Positions 20,604 through 30,822 of a stretch of 64,000 nucleotides of DNA are shown here, piece by piece; position 1 is the first letter of the stretch, and each line of letters starts with the position of its first letter. Below the pieces are notes generated by a model. It was not told where the DNA came from, did no database searches, and saw nothing but the letters and a program-made list of their open reading frames with translations. The stretch is from Candidatus Desulfaltia sp. (GTDB lineage Bacteria; Desulfobacterota; Desulfobacteria; Desulfobacterales; ETH-SRB1). A program made the translations under genes and the position numbers. The stretch spans positions 36,625 through 100,624 of the forward strand of contig JAUSPN010000049.1 in assembly GCA_030656555.1 (NCBI GenBank), written 5' to 3'.

Positions 20604-22475
20604 TTATATTAAAAAACCGGTTGTTTTTTCAACCGCCCCATATTTAGAAGGGCACACCTGATAACAGATCCCGCACTTAACACATATGGATTCGTTGATG
20701 ATATGCAGATTTTTCTTTTTACCGGTTATCGCATCTGCGGGACATTTTTTTCGGCAGAGGCCGCAGCCCGCACATTTTTCTTCGGAAATAGCGTATTTTA
20801 TCAAGTCTTTGCAAACCAGGGCAGGACAACTTTTATCAATTATGTGAGCTTCATATTCGCTGCGGAAGTAACGCAGCGTTGATAAAACAGAATTAGGCGC
20901 TGTCTGGCCCAGGCCGCATAAAGAAGCATTTTTAATTGTTTCAGCCAGACTGCTTAATTTATCTATGTCGGCTATTTCTCCTTTGCCGGATTTAATTCTT
21001 TTCAGGATGTCGAGCATTACCTTTGTGCCTATCCGGCACGGGGAGCATTTTCCGCATGATTCAGCCTGGATAAAAGAAAGAAAATAACTGGCAATATCAA
21101 CCACGCAAGTCTCTTCATCCAGAACGATAATGCCGCCTGACCCCATAATGGAGCCTGCTGACATTAAAGATTCATAATCAACTGGCAATGATGAGAGCTC
21201 GGCAGGAATACAGCCTCCGGAAGGTCCGCCGGTTTGAACAGCCTTGAATTTCTTGTCGTCTGCAATCCCTCCGCCTATATCAAAGATGATTTTTTTAAGA
21301 GGGGTACCCAGAGGAACTTCAATTAATCCAGTTTGTTTTACCTTGCCCACCAGGGAGAATGTTTTGGTTCCTTTGGAAGATTCTGAACCAAAACCCGCAA
21401 ACCACTCGCCGCCTTTGCGCATTATCGTAGCAAGAGTTCCAAGAGTTTCTACATTATTAATAATGGTCGGTTTTCCCCAAACGCCGGAAATGGCAGGAAA
21501 AGGCGGCCGCGGCATGGGCATGCCCCTTTTCCCCATGACGGAAGCGATAAGGGCTGTTTCCTCGCCACATACAAAAGCGCCTGCCCCTTGTTTTATCTTT
21601 ATATCAAAACTGAAATCGCTTCCTAAAATGTTATTGCCAAGCAGGTTGTAAGATTTCATTTGAGAGAGTGCATGTTCCAGCCTTTTGATAGCCAGGGGAT
21701 ATTCAGCCCTGATGTATATATACCCGTGGTTGGCGCCGATTGCATAAGCTCCTATAAGAAGACCTTCCAGCACTGCATGGGGGTCGCCCTCCAAGAGAGA
21801 GCGGTTCATAAAAGCCCCTGGATCACCCTCATCAGCATTGCAAATAAGGTACTTATCGTCGCTTTGAACATTATGGCAGATTTCCCATTTTTTCCATGTA
21901 GGAAACCCGGCGCCTCCACGGCCCCTGATGCCGGAAGCTTTTATCACAGCAATAACTTCTGAGGAACTCATCTCAAGAGCCTTTTTTACACCAAGATATC
22001 CATCCCTTGCGATATAGTGATCAATTTGATCCGGATCAATAATGCCGCAGTTTCTTAGTACAAGCCTTGTTTGATGTTTAAGCATGGGATATTCAAAAAG
22101 CCCAGGTATGCCGCTTACCCGGCCATTCCCTAATGTTCCCAAAGCCAGGTCGGGTCTTGGGTCGTTATTTATGAGATAATCCTCCAGTAGTTTCTTGATT
22201 TTCCCTGGAGTAATTTTTCCGTAACACACAGGCGGAGATCCGTTTTTCTGGATATAGATAAGAGGTTCAAGAAAGCATGGACCTATGCAGCCGACTTCCA
22301 CCAGGCTGATATTCAGGTTAAGCTCCTTTGATGTTTGTCTGATTTCTTCTGCAACCGCTTCTATTCCTGCTGCACGGCCGCATGTTGCTGCGCCTAAATA
22401 TATAACAGGAGTCTTGCTGGATTGCAGAGCTTCCCATTTGGCAACCGCTTTTTCCCTGATTTCAGCAAAATCCAT
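20604..22475 (-). CDS. nuoF: NuoF/HydB-like FMN/NADH-binding subunit with C-terminal 2x[4Fe-4S]
   Basis: GRGGAGFPT, CNADEGDPGAFM, GAGAFVCGEETAL, GGPSGG, ESCGKCSPCR, two C-terminal CxxCxxCxxxCP motifs. Confidence 0.92.
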   Translation of the reverse strand: MDFAEIREKAVAKWEALQSSKTPVIYLGAATCGRAAGIEAVAEEIRQTSKELNLNISLVEVGCIGPCFLEPLIYIQKNGSPPVCYGKITPGKIKKLLEDYLINNDPRPDLALGTLGNGRVSGIPGLFEYPMLKHQTRLVLRNCGIIDPDQIDHYIARDGYLGVKKALEMSSSEVIAVIKASGIRGRGGAGFPTWKKWEICHNVQSDDKYLICNADEGDPGAFMNRSLLEGDPHAVLEGLLIGAYAIGANHGYIYIRAEYPLAIKRLEHALSQMKSYNLLGNNILGSDFSFDIKIKQGAGAFVCGEETALIASVMGKRGMPMPRPPFPAISGVWGKPTIINNVETLGTLATIMRKGGEWFAGFGSESSKGTKTFSLVGKVKQTGLIEVPLGTPLKKIIFDIGGGIADDKKFKAVQTGGPSGGCIPAELSSLPVDYESLMSAGSIMGSGGIIVLDEETCVVDIASYFLSFIQAESCGKCSPCRIGTKVMLDILKRIKSGKGEIADIDKLSSLAETIKNASLCGLGQTAPNSVLSTLRYFRSEYEAHIIDKSCPALVCKDLIKYAISEEKCAGCGLCRKKCPADAITGKKKNLHIINESICVKCGICYQVCPSKYGAVEKTTGFLI

Positions 22476-22477
22476 CT

Positions 22478-22945
22478 TTACTCCTTTTCATCAGACGAAC
22501 TATATTTGGAGATAATTTTTTCAACCTTTGGACCCGCGACATTCGGATATATCTTATCATCCACAACAATAACCGGAGCAAGAGCGCAACACCCCATACA
22601 GGCGACGCGTTCGAGGCTGAAAGCAGAATCCAGAGTGGTTTGACCCGGCTTAATGTTCAGAATGTTTTCTGTCCTGTCCAACAGCTGCTCGCCGCCTCTG
22701 ACATGACAGGCTGTTCCAAGACAGACCTTAACCATGTGATCACCCGGCTTTGTATATCGAAACTGTGTATAAAATGTGGCTACGCCGTATATTTCATGTT
22801 CGGACATGTTCATATTCAGGGCGATCGTTGATATTGCATCTTCGGATATGAATCCGGTTTTTTCCTGAACAGCCTGGAGAATAGGTATAAGACTTCCTTT
22901 TTCGCCCCGATACGGTTTGATGATATCCTTAATCGTGTTTTTCAT
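22478..22945 (-). CDS. nuoE: NuoE/HydC-like 2Fe-2S subunit
   Basis: GVATFY, VCLGTACHVRG, ACMGCCALAP. Confidence 0.92.
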   Translation of the reverse strand: MKNTIKDIIKPYRGEKGSLIPILQAVQEKTGFISEDAISTIALNMNMSEHEIYGVATFYTQFRYTKPGDHMVKVCLGTACHVRGGEQLLDRTENILNIKPGQTTLDSAFSLERVACMGCCALAPVIVVDDKIYPNVAGPKVEKIISKYSSSDEKE

Positions 22946-23149
22946 AATGTCTCCAAAACAGCGCTAATACAGACAGCGTCATAAAAAAGTGCGAAACTTA
23001 AAATTGTTACCTATAATTGCCAAGAAACATTATAAAATCAACTCAAAATATTGATACTTTCAACTTTTACCTGTATAAACTTTGCAAAAAATCTAAAAAA
23101 ATGCCATTGCGAGCGAAGCAAAGCAATCTCATGCAAGGAGCAAAACCAA

Positions 23150-24862
23150 ATGACTCTTGATGAAATTATAAAATCGGCGAAGGGAGAAAAAGATGTAGAC
23201 ATTTTACTCACCAACGCCAGAATTATCAATGTTTTTTCCGGCGAAATCGTTGTTGGCAGCATAGCTATAGCAGACGGTTATATTGTCGGGTTTGGTTCAT
23301 ATTCTGCAAAAAAAACAGTAGATATGAAGAAGCGGTTTGTCTGTCCTGGCTTTGTTGATTCTCATTTTCACATCGAAAGTTCAATGGCATGTATTACTGA
23401 GTTTGCACGGGCCGTAATTCCATTTGGCACAACAACGGTTATCGCAGACCCGCATGAAATAGCAAATGTGCTTGGGACCGATGGAATAAATTATATGCTT
23501 GAATCAAGCAAAAACCAGCCCATGAATATATATTTTACTTTGCCTTCATGTGTTCCGGCAACTGATATGGAAACTTCCGGAGCCAGGCTTGGCGCAGATG
23601 ATCTTTCCCATTTTATGGGCGATGACAGGATAGTTGCTCTGGCTGAAATGATGAACTATCCAGGCGTAATATATAGAGATCCTGAAGTATTAAAAAAAAT
23701 CGAACTGGCAAAAGCACACAGAAAACCTGTTGACGGCCATGCGCCGGGGCTGACAGGAAAGGATCTTTATGCATATATTGCAGCGGGAATTTCAAGCGAC
23801 CATGAATGCACGACAGCCCGGGAAGCCAAAGAAAAACTCGATGCAGGCATGCACATTATGATTCGTGAGGGAACAGCAGCCAAAAACCTGTTGTCCCTTA
23901 TTCCCATTGTAAACGAAAGATCCTCGAGCCGTATTATGTGGTGTACGGATGACAGACATCCGCATGATATTCTTGAAGAAGGGCATATTGATTCAATGGT
24001 TCGAAGAGCTATACATGCAGGTATAGACCCTCTACTCGCCATTAAGATGGCAACAATAAATCCTGCCAATTATTTTGGCATAAGCGATGTGGGAGCAATC
24101 AGCCCGGGAAGACGCGCCGATTTAGTGGTTTTTTCCGATATTCACCGCCCTTGCATTGAAGAGGTGTATTATGGCGGTGTCCTGGTTGCTCAGGAAGGCA
24201 AAATATTACCGGGAATAAAAAAGCCGGCTCCCGCAGCATTTCAGCCATCCATAAATGTTGGCAACAAAGAAATTGATTTTTCTGTCCCAGCGCAGGCAAA
24301 GCGTTTAAGGGTTATTGATATTGTTCCTGACCAGGTAATAACCAATCAGAGTATTGTGGAAGCTGTGGTGTCCGGCAACAAGGTTGTTTCCGACATTACC
24401 CGGGACATTTTAAAAATTGCCGTTGTAGAAAGACACACAGGTTCCGGCAATATCGGAAAAGGCTTTGTCAGGGGCTTTGGATTAAAGCGCGGAGCCCTGT
24501 CGTCGAGTGTTGCACACGACTCTCACAACATAATAGTAGTCGGGACAAATGACGAAGATATGAAAGCAGCGGTAGAAGCTGTAATTAAAATGGGTGGAGG
24601 CCTGGCAGCCTCATGCGACAATAAAACATGTGCCACACTTCCGCTTCCTATTGCAGGGCTGATGTCTCAGGAGCCTGTTTATGCTGTGAGAGAAAAACTG
24701 GACAAACTGCTTGAAGTTGCGCGAGGTTTCGGGACAAGCTTGAACGACCCATTTATGACATTATCCTTTTTAGCGCTTCCGGTTATTCCTGAGCTAAAGA
24801 TCACTGATAAGGGGCTTGTGGATGTAAAGCGGTTTTGTATAGTGCCGCTTTTTATAGATTAA
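23150..24862 (+). CDS. ade: Adenine deaminase
   Basis: PGFVDSHFHIESS, DPHEIANV, EMMNYPG, DGHAP, SDHE, CTDD, SVAHDSHN; start MTLDE after AGGAG. Confidence 0.95.
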   Translation: MTLDEIIKSAKGEKDVDILLTNARIINVFSGEIVVGSIAIADGYIVGFGSYSAKKTVDMKKRFVCPGFVDSHFHIESSMACITEFARAVIPFGTTTVIADPHEIANVLGTDGINYMLESSKNQPMNIYFTLPSCVPATDMETSGARLGADDLSHFMGDDRIVALAEMMNYPGVIYRDPEVLKKIELAKAHRKPVDGHAPGLTGKDLYAYIAAGISSDHECTTAREAKEKLDAGMHIMIREGTAAKNLLSLIPIVNERSSSRIMWCTDDRHPHDILEEGHIDSMVRRAIHAGIDPLLAIKMATINPANYFGISDVGAISPGRRADLVVFSDIHRPCIEEVYYGGVLVAQEGKILPGIKKPAPAAFQPSINVGNKEIDFSVPAQAKRLRVIDIVPDQVITNQSIVEAVVSGNKVVSDITRDILKIAVVERHTGSGNIGKGFVRGFGLKRGALSSSVAHDSHNIIVVGTNDEDMKAAVEAVIKMGGGLAASCDNKTCATLPLPIAGLMSQEPVYAVREKLDKLLEVARGFGTSLNDPFMTLSFLALPVIPELKITDKGLVDVKRFCIVPLFID

Positions 24863-24864
24863 TA

Positions 24865-25438
24865 ATGAATTTTAAAGAAAAAGAAAAAAGATTGATAGAG
24901 CTTTAGGGTGAATTTGAAACACAAGCTCTGAAATATAAAGAAAAAGCTATTTGTAGGCTGCGCTTATTGCTGCATACATTTTGGGTCAGTGGATATGATA
25001 ACCCTTGAGGGGCTTATTATAAGGAAACGTATAAATGATTTTGCAGAGCCCTTGAAAAAAGAGGTTAAAAAAAAGATTGCCAAAAACAGAAAGCTAAAGG
25101 AAAGACAGCAAATTGCTCAATGTTCCTTTTTAAAGAAAGATAAAACATGCCTGATATACGATGTAAGACCTTTCAGCTGCCGGCAACTTTATTCTTTGAG
25201 GGAATGTGATGGGCATGGGCCTACTGTGCATCGCAAGGCAGTTGATTTGGCTAAAAACACCGTTAAAAAACTTCAACAATTAGATTGTACAGGATATTCC
25301 GGGCATATTAGCTTTATTTTATATCTTCTTGATAAACCGGATTTTAGAAAGCTTTACCTTGCAGAAGGGCTTGATCCAGGTAAGATTATGGATTTTGGGA
25401 AATCACACGGCATTATTATTAATTACAGCCAAACATAG
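24865..25438 (+). pseudogene. YkgJ family cysteine-cluster protein with in-frame TAG and frameshift
   Basis: MNFKEKEKRLIEL*GEFE..KAIC, then shifted frame GCAYCCIHFGSVDMITLEG..CSFL..CLIYDVRPFSCR. Confidence 0.75.
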
Positions 25439-25586
25439 CCTTTGTTATTACCTGTTTATCAAACAGCATATGGGCATCGCCGGCACAGATGCTGGTAAAG
25501 ATGGTTGATGTGAGATATTCCTTTTTGGTTTAGTCATGAATATCTGTAAATGTTTAAGGAACAGTTCGGAAATTCCCCTTGAAGTT

Positions 25587-26003
25587 TTAATTCCCAATTA
25601 TCTTTACAAGAGCTCTTTTACGTCTTCTACCGTCAAACTCTCCATAAAATATCTGTTCCCATGTCCCAAAATCCAGTTTGCCATCAGAGACAGCTACAAC
25701 AACTTCGCGTCCCATTATCTGCCTCTTCATGTGAGCATCTGCATTATCCTCCCCAGCATTGTGCCTATAGTTTGAAACCGGCTCATGGGGAGCAAGCTTT
25801 TCAAGCCAGACATCGTAGTCGTGATGAAGGCCGGCTTCATCATCATTTATAAAAACCGATGCTGTAATGTGCATTGCATTAACAAGAACAAGACCTTCTG
25901 TTATTCCACTTTCTCTCAGGCAATCCCTGACTTGGGGAGTTATATTTATAAATGCTCGTCTTGTTGGAACTTCAAACCATAATTCTTTACGAAAACTTTT
26001 CAT
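25587..26003 (-). CDS. YjbQ/UPF0047 family protein
   Basis: [34 protein letters not shown]. Confidence 0.92.
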   Translation of the reverse strand: MKSFRKELWFEVPTRRAFINITPQVRDCLRESGITEGLVLVNAMHITASVFINDDEAGLHHDYDVWLEKLAPHEPVSNYRHNAGEDNADAHMKRQIMGREVVVAVSDGKLDFGTWEQIFYGEFDGRRRKRALVKIIGN

Positions 26004-26034
26004 ATGATTGACCTCCGAAAAAGCAATTTGGTTA

Positions 26035-26865
26035 TTAAACAATTACTTTATTAATTAATCCATCAATTAAATCTTCTGCAGCTTGAAGATCGTTGTATGA
26101 ATCAAATTGTGACTCCAATTCTTGTAGTAGGTTATTATATCTTGATACGGTCTTCTCGCTTGACTCATAATTTATATGGGGCCTGGAATAAAGCTGGTCT
26201 TTAAAAAAATAATTTGCCGGTCCTGAGGAGGATTTTCGCCTGAAAGGCCAATTAATCTTTAAATTTAAAAGCTTTCTTACAGCTTTAAGGCATCCATTGT
26301 TTTTTAATAAGCTGTTTGCTGTTAATGGCCGATTAAGACGATGTTCAATTTCTTCAAAAACTGTGTTTAACAATTTTGTTTCAGTAATTACAAGTCCATA
26401 ACCATACCAATTAATTGCTGTTTCGCGAACGATCTCCTTGGAAACTGCTGAAAGACTATAGTATGTAGGGCAGAAGTAAACCCTGCATGCCATGCCTCCA
26501 TAAAAACTTAGCCCCCTGAAATCTATACCTTTATTTTCGTCAAGCAGGGGGTGTAAGAGACAACCCACGCGTGAACGCTCTTTCCCCGCCAGACCTATAT
26601 AAGGGCAATGAGGAAACTCGGGAAAGGGTCTCGACTGTGGTTCTCTGTCTTCGACTTCTTCTTTAAAGTCGAGTATGGCATCCATATTTCGATTAACACT
26701 TGAGAACCTATCTGTGCGCCATGTAAGCATTTTCATTATAGATTCGTACGATGAATCGGCAACATTGTATAAACCGCAGCATGCTCCACAGGAAATTTTT
26801 TCATTAACCTGACACAGGTAAATTCCACCAGGCACCTGATTGTCATTAGTTTGGACAATGGGCAT
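26035..26865 (-). CDS. Cys-rich hypothetical protein
   Basis: [29 protein letters not shown]. Confidence 0.75.
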   Translation of the reverse strand: MPIVQTNDNQVPGGIYLCQVNEKISCGACCGLYNVADSSYESIMKMLTWRTDRFSSVNRNMDAILDFKEEVEDREPQSRPFPEFPHCPYIGLAGKERSRVGCLLHPLLDENKGIDFRGLSFYGGMACRVYFCPTYYSLSAVSKEIVRETAINWYGYGLVITETKLLNTVFEEIEHRLNRPLTANSLLKNNGCLKAVRKLLNLKINWPFRRKSSSGPANYFFKDQLYSRPHINYESSEKTVSRYNNLLQELESQFDSYNDLQAAEDLIDGLINKVIV

Positions 26866-26914
26866 TAATAGAGACCTTTTTGGTAGTTTTGTAAATGGAC
26901 TTTTTACTTTACCG

Positions 26915-27361
26915 TCATGGTTTTTTGAGACTTATTAACCGCCATAGCTTACGGTAATAGTGTAAACTCGACATCAAAAGCGCTCCGCCTATAGTCGTAT
27001 AGACGATTGCCAGGTAATGTTTGGGAATAGAAGAATGCCGCAAAATGATTCCAAGTGTGATCATGACGGCGATGATTAGATAGCTTTTCCATGCCTGAAA
27101 AGCGAAAACACACCCTTTTTCAGGGAGCAGACAGATACGGTCAATATTTTTTTTAGCTATTCCTGAAAATCCAAAGCGATATACCGCCAAAGACAAAACA
27201 ATTCCAAATAACCCCAAAGGTAAAGCAGTTAGCAAAGCAACCTCTTTAAGCCAGAAATAAGCCGTGCTGCAAAGCATCACACCTACTGTGCTCCACATAA
27301 AACCAGCAATAGCAATAAGCAAATATTTGGAAACAGCCGGTTTTATCCTTTTATAAAACAC
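26915..27361 (-). CDS. Hypothetical membrane protein (4 TM)
   Basis: GTG start after AGGAG; hydrophobic helices. Confidence 0.7.
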   Translation of the reverse strand: MFYKRIKPAVSKYLLIAIAGFMWSTVGVMLCSTAYFWLKEVALLTALPLGLFGIVLSLAVYRFGFSGIAKKNIDRICLLPEKGCVFAFQAWKSYLIIAVMITLGIILRHSSIPKHYLAIVYTTIGGALLMSSLHYYRKLWRLISLKKP

Positions 27362-27368
27362 CACACTC

Positions 27369-28973
27369 CTAATTAACGGCCTTATTACAGGCATGGGCGA
27401 AGTCTTCGGGATACTGCCCGATAATCCAGCGATATAGCCACTGACTGTAAGTTCCCGGCGATTTAGGATGACGGGGAATAAAAGTGTACATAAGCCGCTG
27501 GTCATTGTCCGGACTATCAAATCTCTTGGATGTTTCGTAACAAACCATCATTTCCACACCCAATTTCTCCAGCATCCTTACAGTTGTCAAAATAGCCATA
27601 TCCAGAGATTTTCTCACTGTAGAATCTGCCTCAAGAATATTGCCGCACTTTGCTGTGGTCATAATCTGTACTTCTCCTTGAGTGCGTTGAGCTTTGGGTA
27701 CAAAACTTATGATGTTTTCATCCTGATAGAAAACAAGGCTTTTTGCCTTGTCTTTTCTACCATCCATTCTCCTGTTGTTTTTTATGGCATTAATGTATGT
27801 TTTAAAAAAGTTTTTGCCGGTACTGTTTCTGAACCCGCGGCAAAAGCGAGCTATTTCATCTCCTTGAGTATAGGTTGGAAATAAAGAATGGCTTTCATCG
27901 TTTTTCCCATTGATAAAACCCGGAGTATATTTGGGCACTATGGCAAATTGCTGGTGTATTTGCTGGTGAGATGCATTGAGACGATATCCTGAAGGAGATA
28001 GATCAAACCCGAAATTCCATCCCCACATTGATGCGTTAAATGGCAAATCGTTCTTGTTTTCTTCATGATCTTTTATGGTTTTAAGAACCTTTATCCGTAA
28101 AGACTCTAACTCATCTTCCGTGAGAGTGCGTTTTTTTGCGGGAACGGAAAGGCCAAGACTCTGGGCGACCTGTGTGTAAATCCTCTGATAGTATAAATGC
28201 CTGAGACCGATCAAATCCTCTTTCTTAAGCGCTTCTATTTTATACCGGATTGAATCATGTGCCATGTTTGCTGCATAATGTCCCCATGGGATATAGCTGT
28301 TTTCTCTCAGATATTCCCAGATATGAGTGCCGGCAGATTTTTTATACTCTCCCACAATTTTATTGGGTCCCTGGATGCCCGGGATAAGTACCATTGCCTG
28401 CTTATAAGTATCAGGTAAAAAAGGATTGTTGGAGACGATTTCAAACAAATGATGGTTTTTAATTGCCCGTTGAATCCCCCCATTTTTTGTTTTTTCATAT
28501 TGAATACCGGCAGGCGCTCCTGTGTGTGGATCAAACTCAAACAAGCACGACTTGTTGGCTAACTCGACAAGCAAATCTGCGTCTGTGGACATTCGGCCAA
28601 GTGATATAATAAGCGGGTCATTGTCTTCGAGCTCATTTATACCGGCTTTTAATTTTGAAAATTTATGTTTGTTAATAATATCAAAAGGATTTGCATTTTC
28701 TATTTTTTTATCGGCGCTTGACTTTAATATAAAAGTTGCACCCATAAAAGGAAACGGATTAGAGATCTCGAATACCCAGTCTGCATTGTCAATTGTTACA
28801 TCATTTGCTGGAAAGTTAATTTTGTTTTCAACAGCGGTTTTGCCGTTAATATGTCCAAGCGTTGCTATATGATTTTTTTCCCTCAAATTGACTACTGTAT
28901 AATCGGGCTTGTGAATGCCGTAAACAAATTCACCGGAACTTGCTACGCAAGTCCTTACAGACGATTCATTCAT
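27369..28973 (-). CDS. Hypothetical protein, possible GalT/HIT-superfamily fold
   Basis: 534 aa; WGWNFG..SGYRLNASHQQIHQQ resembles the GalT NxGxxxGASxxHPHxQ motif. Confidence 0.7.
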   Translation of the reverse strand: MNESSVRTCVASSGEFVYGIHKPDYTVVNLREKNHIATLGHINGKTAVENKINFPANDVTIDNADWVFEISNPFPFMGATFILKSSADKKIENANPFDIINKHKFSKLKAGINELEDNDPLIISLGRMSTDADLLVELANKSCLFEFDPHTGAPAGIQYEKTKNGGIQRAIKNHHLFEIVSNNPFLPDTYKQAMVLIPGIQGPNKIVGEYKKSAGTHIWEYLRENSYIPWGHYAANMAHDSIRYKIEALKKEDLIGLRHLYYQRIYTQVAQSLGLSVPAKKRTLTEDELESLRIKVLKTIKDHEENKNDLPFNASMWGWNFGFDLSPSGYRLNASHQQIHQQFAIVPKYTPGFINGKNDESHSLFPTYTQGDEIARFCRGFRNSTGKNFFKTYINAIKNNRRMDGRKDKAKSLVFYQDENIISFVPKAQRTQGEVQIMTTAKCGNILEADSTVRKSLDMAILTTVRMLEKLGVEMMVCYETSKRFDSPDNDQRLMYTFIPRHPKSPGTYSQWLYRWIIGQYPEDFAHACNKAVN

Positions 28974-29094
28974 AAATTTTCCTTGTTATTTACAATTTTT
29001 AGTGAAACTACCTGCCCTTCCGTGATTAACTTTTATAAATTAGATAAAAAACACATCTGAGTTTTAATTGTCAAGAATGTATATCCTCTGATAT

Positions 29095-29128
29095 AAAAAA
29101 GGCAGGGCCTTTTAAAGACCCTGCCTTT
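29095..29128 (-). terminator. Rho-independent terminator of hsp20
   Basis: GGCAGGG/CCCTGCC stem followed by a T-run on the minus strand. Confidence 0.75.
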
Positions 29129-29162
29129 GAGAATGAACCGTATTTCAGCTATGTGTTGGTAA

Positions 29163-29612
29163 TTATTTTACATCTATGGTTATTTGTTTTGGTTTCTTTT
29201 CTTCCGGTTTTGGAACTTCGATTGTAAGGATTCCGTCTTTATAGGTCGCCTTAATATCCTCAGGGTTTACCGTTGTAGGCAGCGTAAAAGATCTGTGAAA
29301 CGAACCAAAACTTCTTTCCCTGCGGTAGTAGTTTTTTTCCTTAATCTCTTTGTCAACAGATCGCTCACCTTTGAGGGTCAATACATTGTCCTTAACATCA
29401 ACAGAAACTTTTTCTTTATCTACACCGGGAAGTTCTACTTTAAGAACAATAGCGTCATCAGTGTCATAAATGTCTACCGTGGGCTTCCATGAAGCCAGGC
29501 TAACCTCATCATCAATGTCCTTTGAACGGAGAAAGGCTTCATCAAACATACGATTAATACGGTCTTGCAAGGTTGCTACATTTCTGAAAGGATCCCATCT
29601 AATGAGAGTCAT
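29163..29612 (-). CDS. Hsp20/alpha-crystallin small heat shock protein
   Basis: WDPF, VDIYD, ELPGV, ERSFGSFHRSFTLP, YKDGILTI. Confidence 0.95.
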   Translation of the reverse strand: MTLIRWDPFRNVATLQDRINRMFDEAFLRSKDIDDEVSLASWKPTVDIYDTDDAIVLKVELPGVDKEKVSVDVKDNVLTLKGERSVDKEIKEKNYYRRERSFGSFHRSFTLPTTVNPEDIKATYKDGILTIEVPKPEEKKPKQITIDVK

Positions 29613-29753
29613 AATAACACCTCCTTCTATTAATTTGTTTGTGGTTCTTTCCAGCAAAAAAATAATCACACTGGATGTTTTGTCAACAAAAACGTTGATT
29701 TTGTAAGAATATTTTGCTTAGTTGACTATAATGCTGTAATATATGAATATATT

Positions 29754-29867
29754 TATTGAACCGCAATAGCGAGCGAATCTAAAAAATGGCAAACTTCCTT
29801 ACGGTCGCTGCGAAGCACTGCCGTCAGGCAGAACATTCCCTGCATCTTGCTACAGAAAATCTTCAAT
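29754..29867 (+). repeat. Dispersed MITE-like repeat, copy 2
   Basis: TATTGAACCGCAATAGCGAGCGAATCTAAAAA...TTCCTTACGGTCG...CTTCAAT; ATTGAA/TTCAAT ends. Confidence 0.7.
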
Positions 29868-29972
29868 GAATGGTGTTCAGAACGTTAAAAGTATTTTACT
29901 AAAAGTAATTATCGGTTTATAAAGTTTGATTGTAGGTCAAAGCTTAGATCGTTTAATGGAGGGCTAATAATA

Positions 29973-30794
29973 TTGGTTGCAAAAAACAGGATCAAAGAAG
30001 GAGACGTCCTGCTGGAACTCGAAGATATTTGTATGTATTTCGGGAAAGTCTGTGCTCTGGCAGACATAAATCTGAAAGTCAGGAAAGGAGAGATCCACTC
30101 AGTTATCGGCCCTAACGGAGCCGGTAAAACGGTAATGATGAATATTATTAACGGCCTTTACCACCCTCAGAATGGAAATATATATTACAAGGGGCAAAAG
30201 ATTAATAAACTCAGGCCCTACCAGAGAGCTAAGCTGGGTCTGGCCAGGACATTTCAGAAGGTGGAGGTGTTCGGCGGCATGACAGTGCTGGACAACATCC
30301 GTCTTGGCAGACATATACATTTAAGATCGGGTATATTTAGCGGTTCAGCATATATTGGAAAAACAGCACGCGAGGAAATCGAGCACAGGGCTTTTATTGA
30401 AGAAGAAATAATCGATTTTTTAGAAATTGAACATATCCGCCATAAAGCGGTCGGTATGCTGCCGTACGGATTACAGAAAAGGGTTGAATTGGGCCGGGCG
30501 CTTGCCCTGGAGCCGGAGCTTCTCATTCTGGACGAACCGCTGGCCGGCCTTAATCTGGAAGAAGTCGAGGATTTAGCCAGGTTTATCCTGGACATCAATA
30601 AAGAGGACCGGTGGAGAGTAACCTGCCTTTTGGTAGAACATGACATGGGTGTGGTCATGGACCTTTCCGATCATGTTTTAGCGATTAATTTCGGTAACAC
30701 CATACTTGATGGCAAACCTGAAGAGGTTCAGAACAATCCAGAGGTAATAAAGGCTTATCTGGGTGATGAGGATCTATATGCAACAAGGGCGTAA
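29973..30794 (+). CDS. Liv-type ABC transporter ATP-binding protein (LivG-like)
   Basis: GPNGAGKT, LARTFQ, LPYGLQKRVE, LDEP, VEHDM. Confidence 0.92.
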   Translation: MVAKNRIKEGDVLLELEDICMYFGKVCALADINLKVRKGEIHSVIGPNGAGKTVMMNIINGLYHPQNGNIYYKGQKINKLRPYQRAKLGLARTFQKVEVFGGMTVLDNIRLGRHIHLRSGIFSGSAYIGKTAREEIEHRAFIEEEIIDFLEIEHIRHKAVGMLPYGLQKRVELGRALALEPELLILDEPLAGLNLEEVEDLARFILDINKEDRWRVTCLLVEHDMGVVMDLSDHVLAINFGNTILDGKPEEVQNNPEVIKAYLGDEDLYATRA

Positions 30795-30822
30795 AAAAGG
30801 CGAAAGCAAGGCGAATCAGGGT

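Noticed and set aside
24904-24906. In-frame TAG as pyrrolysine
   Set aside because: The same gene has a frameshift, it is not a Pyl-type family, and no pyl genes are visible.
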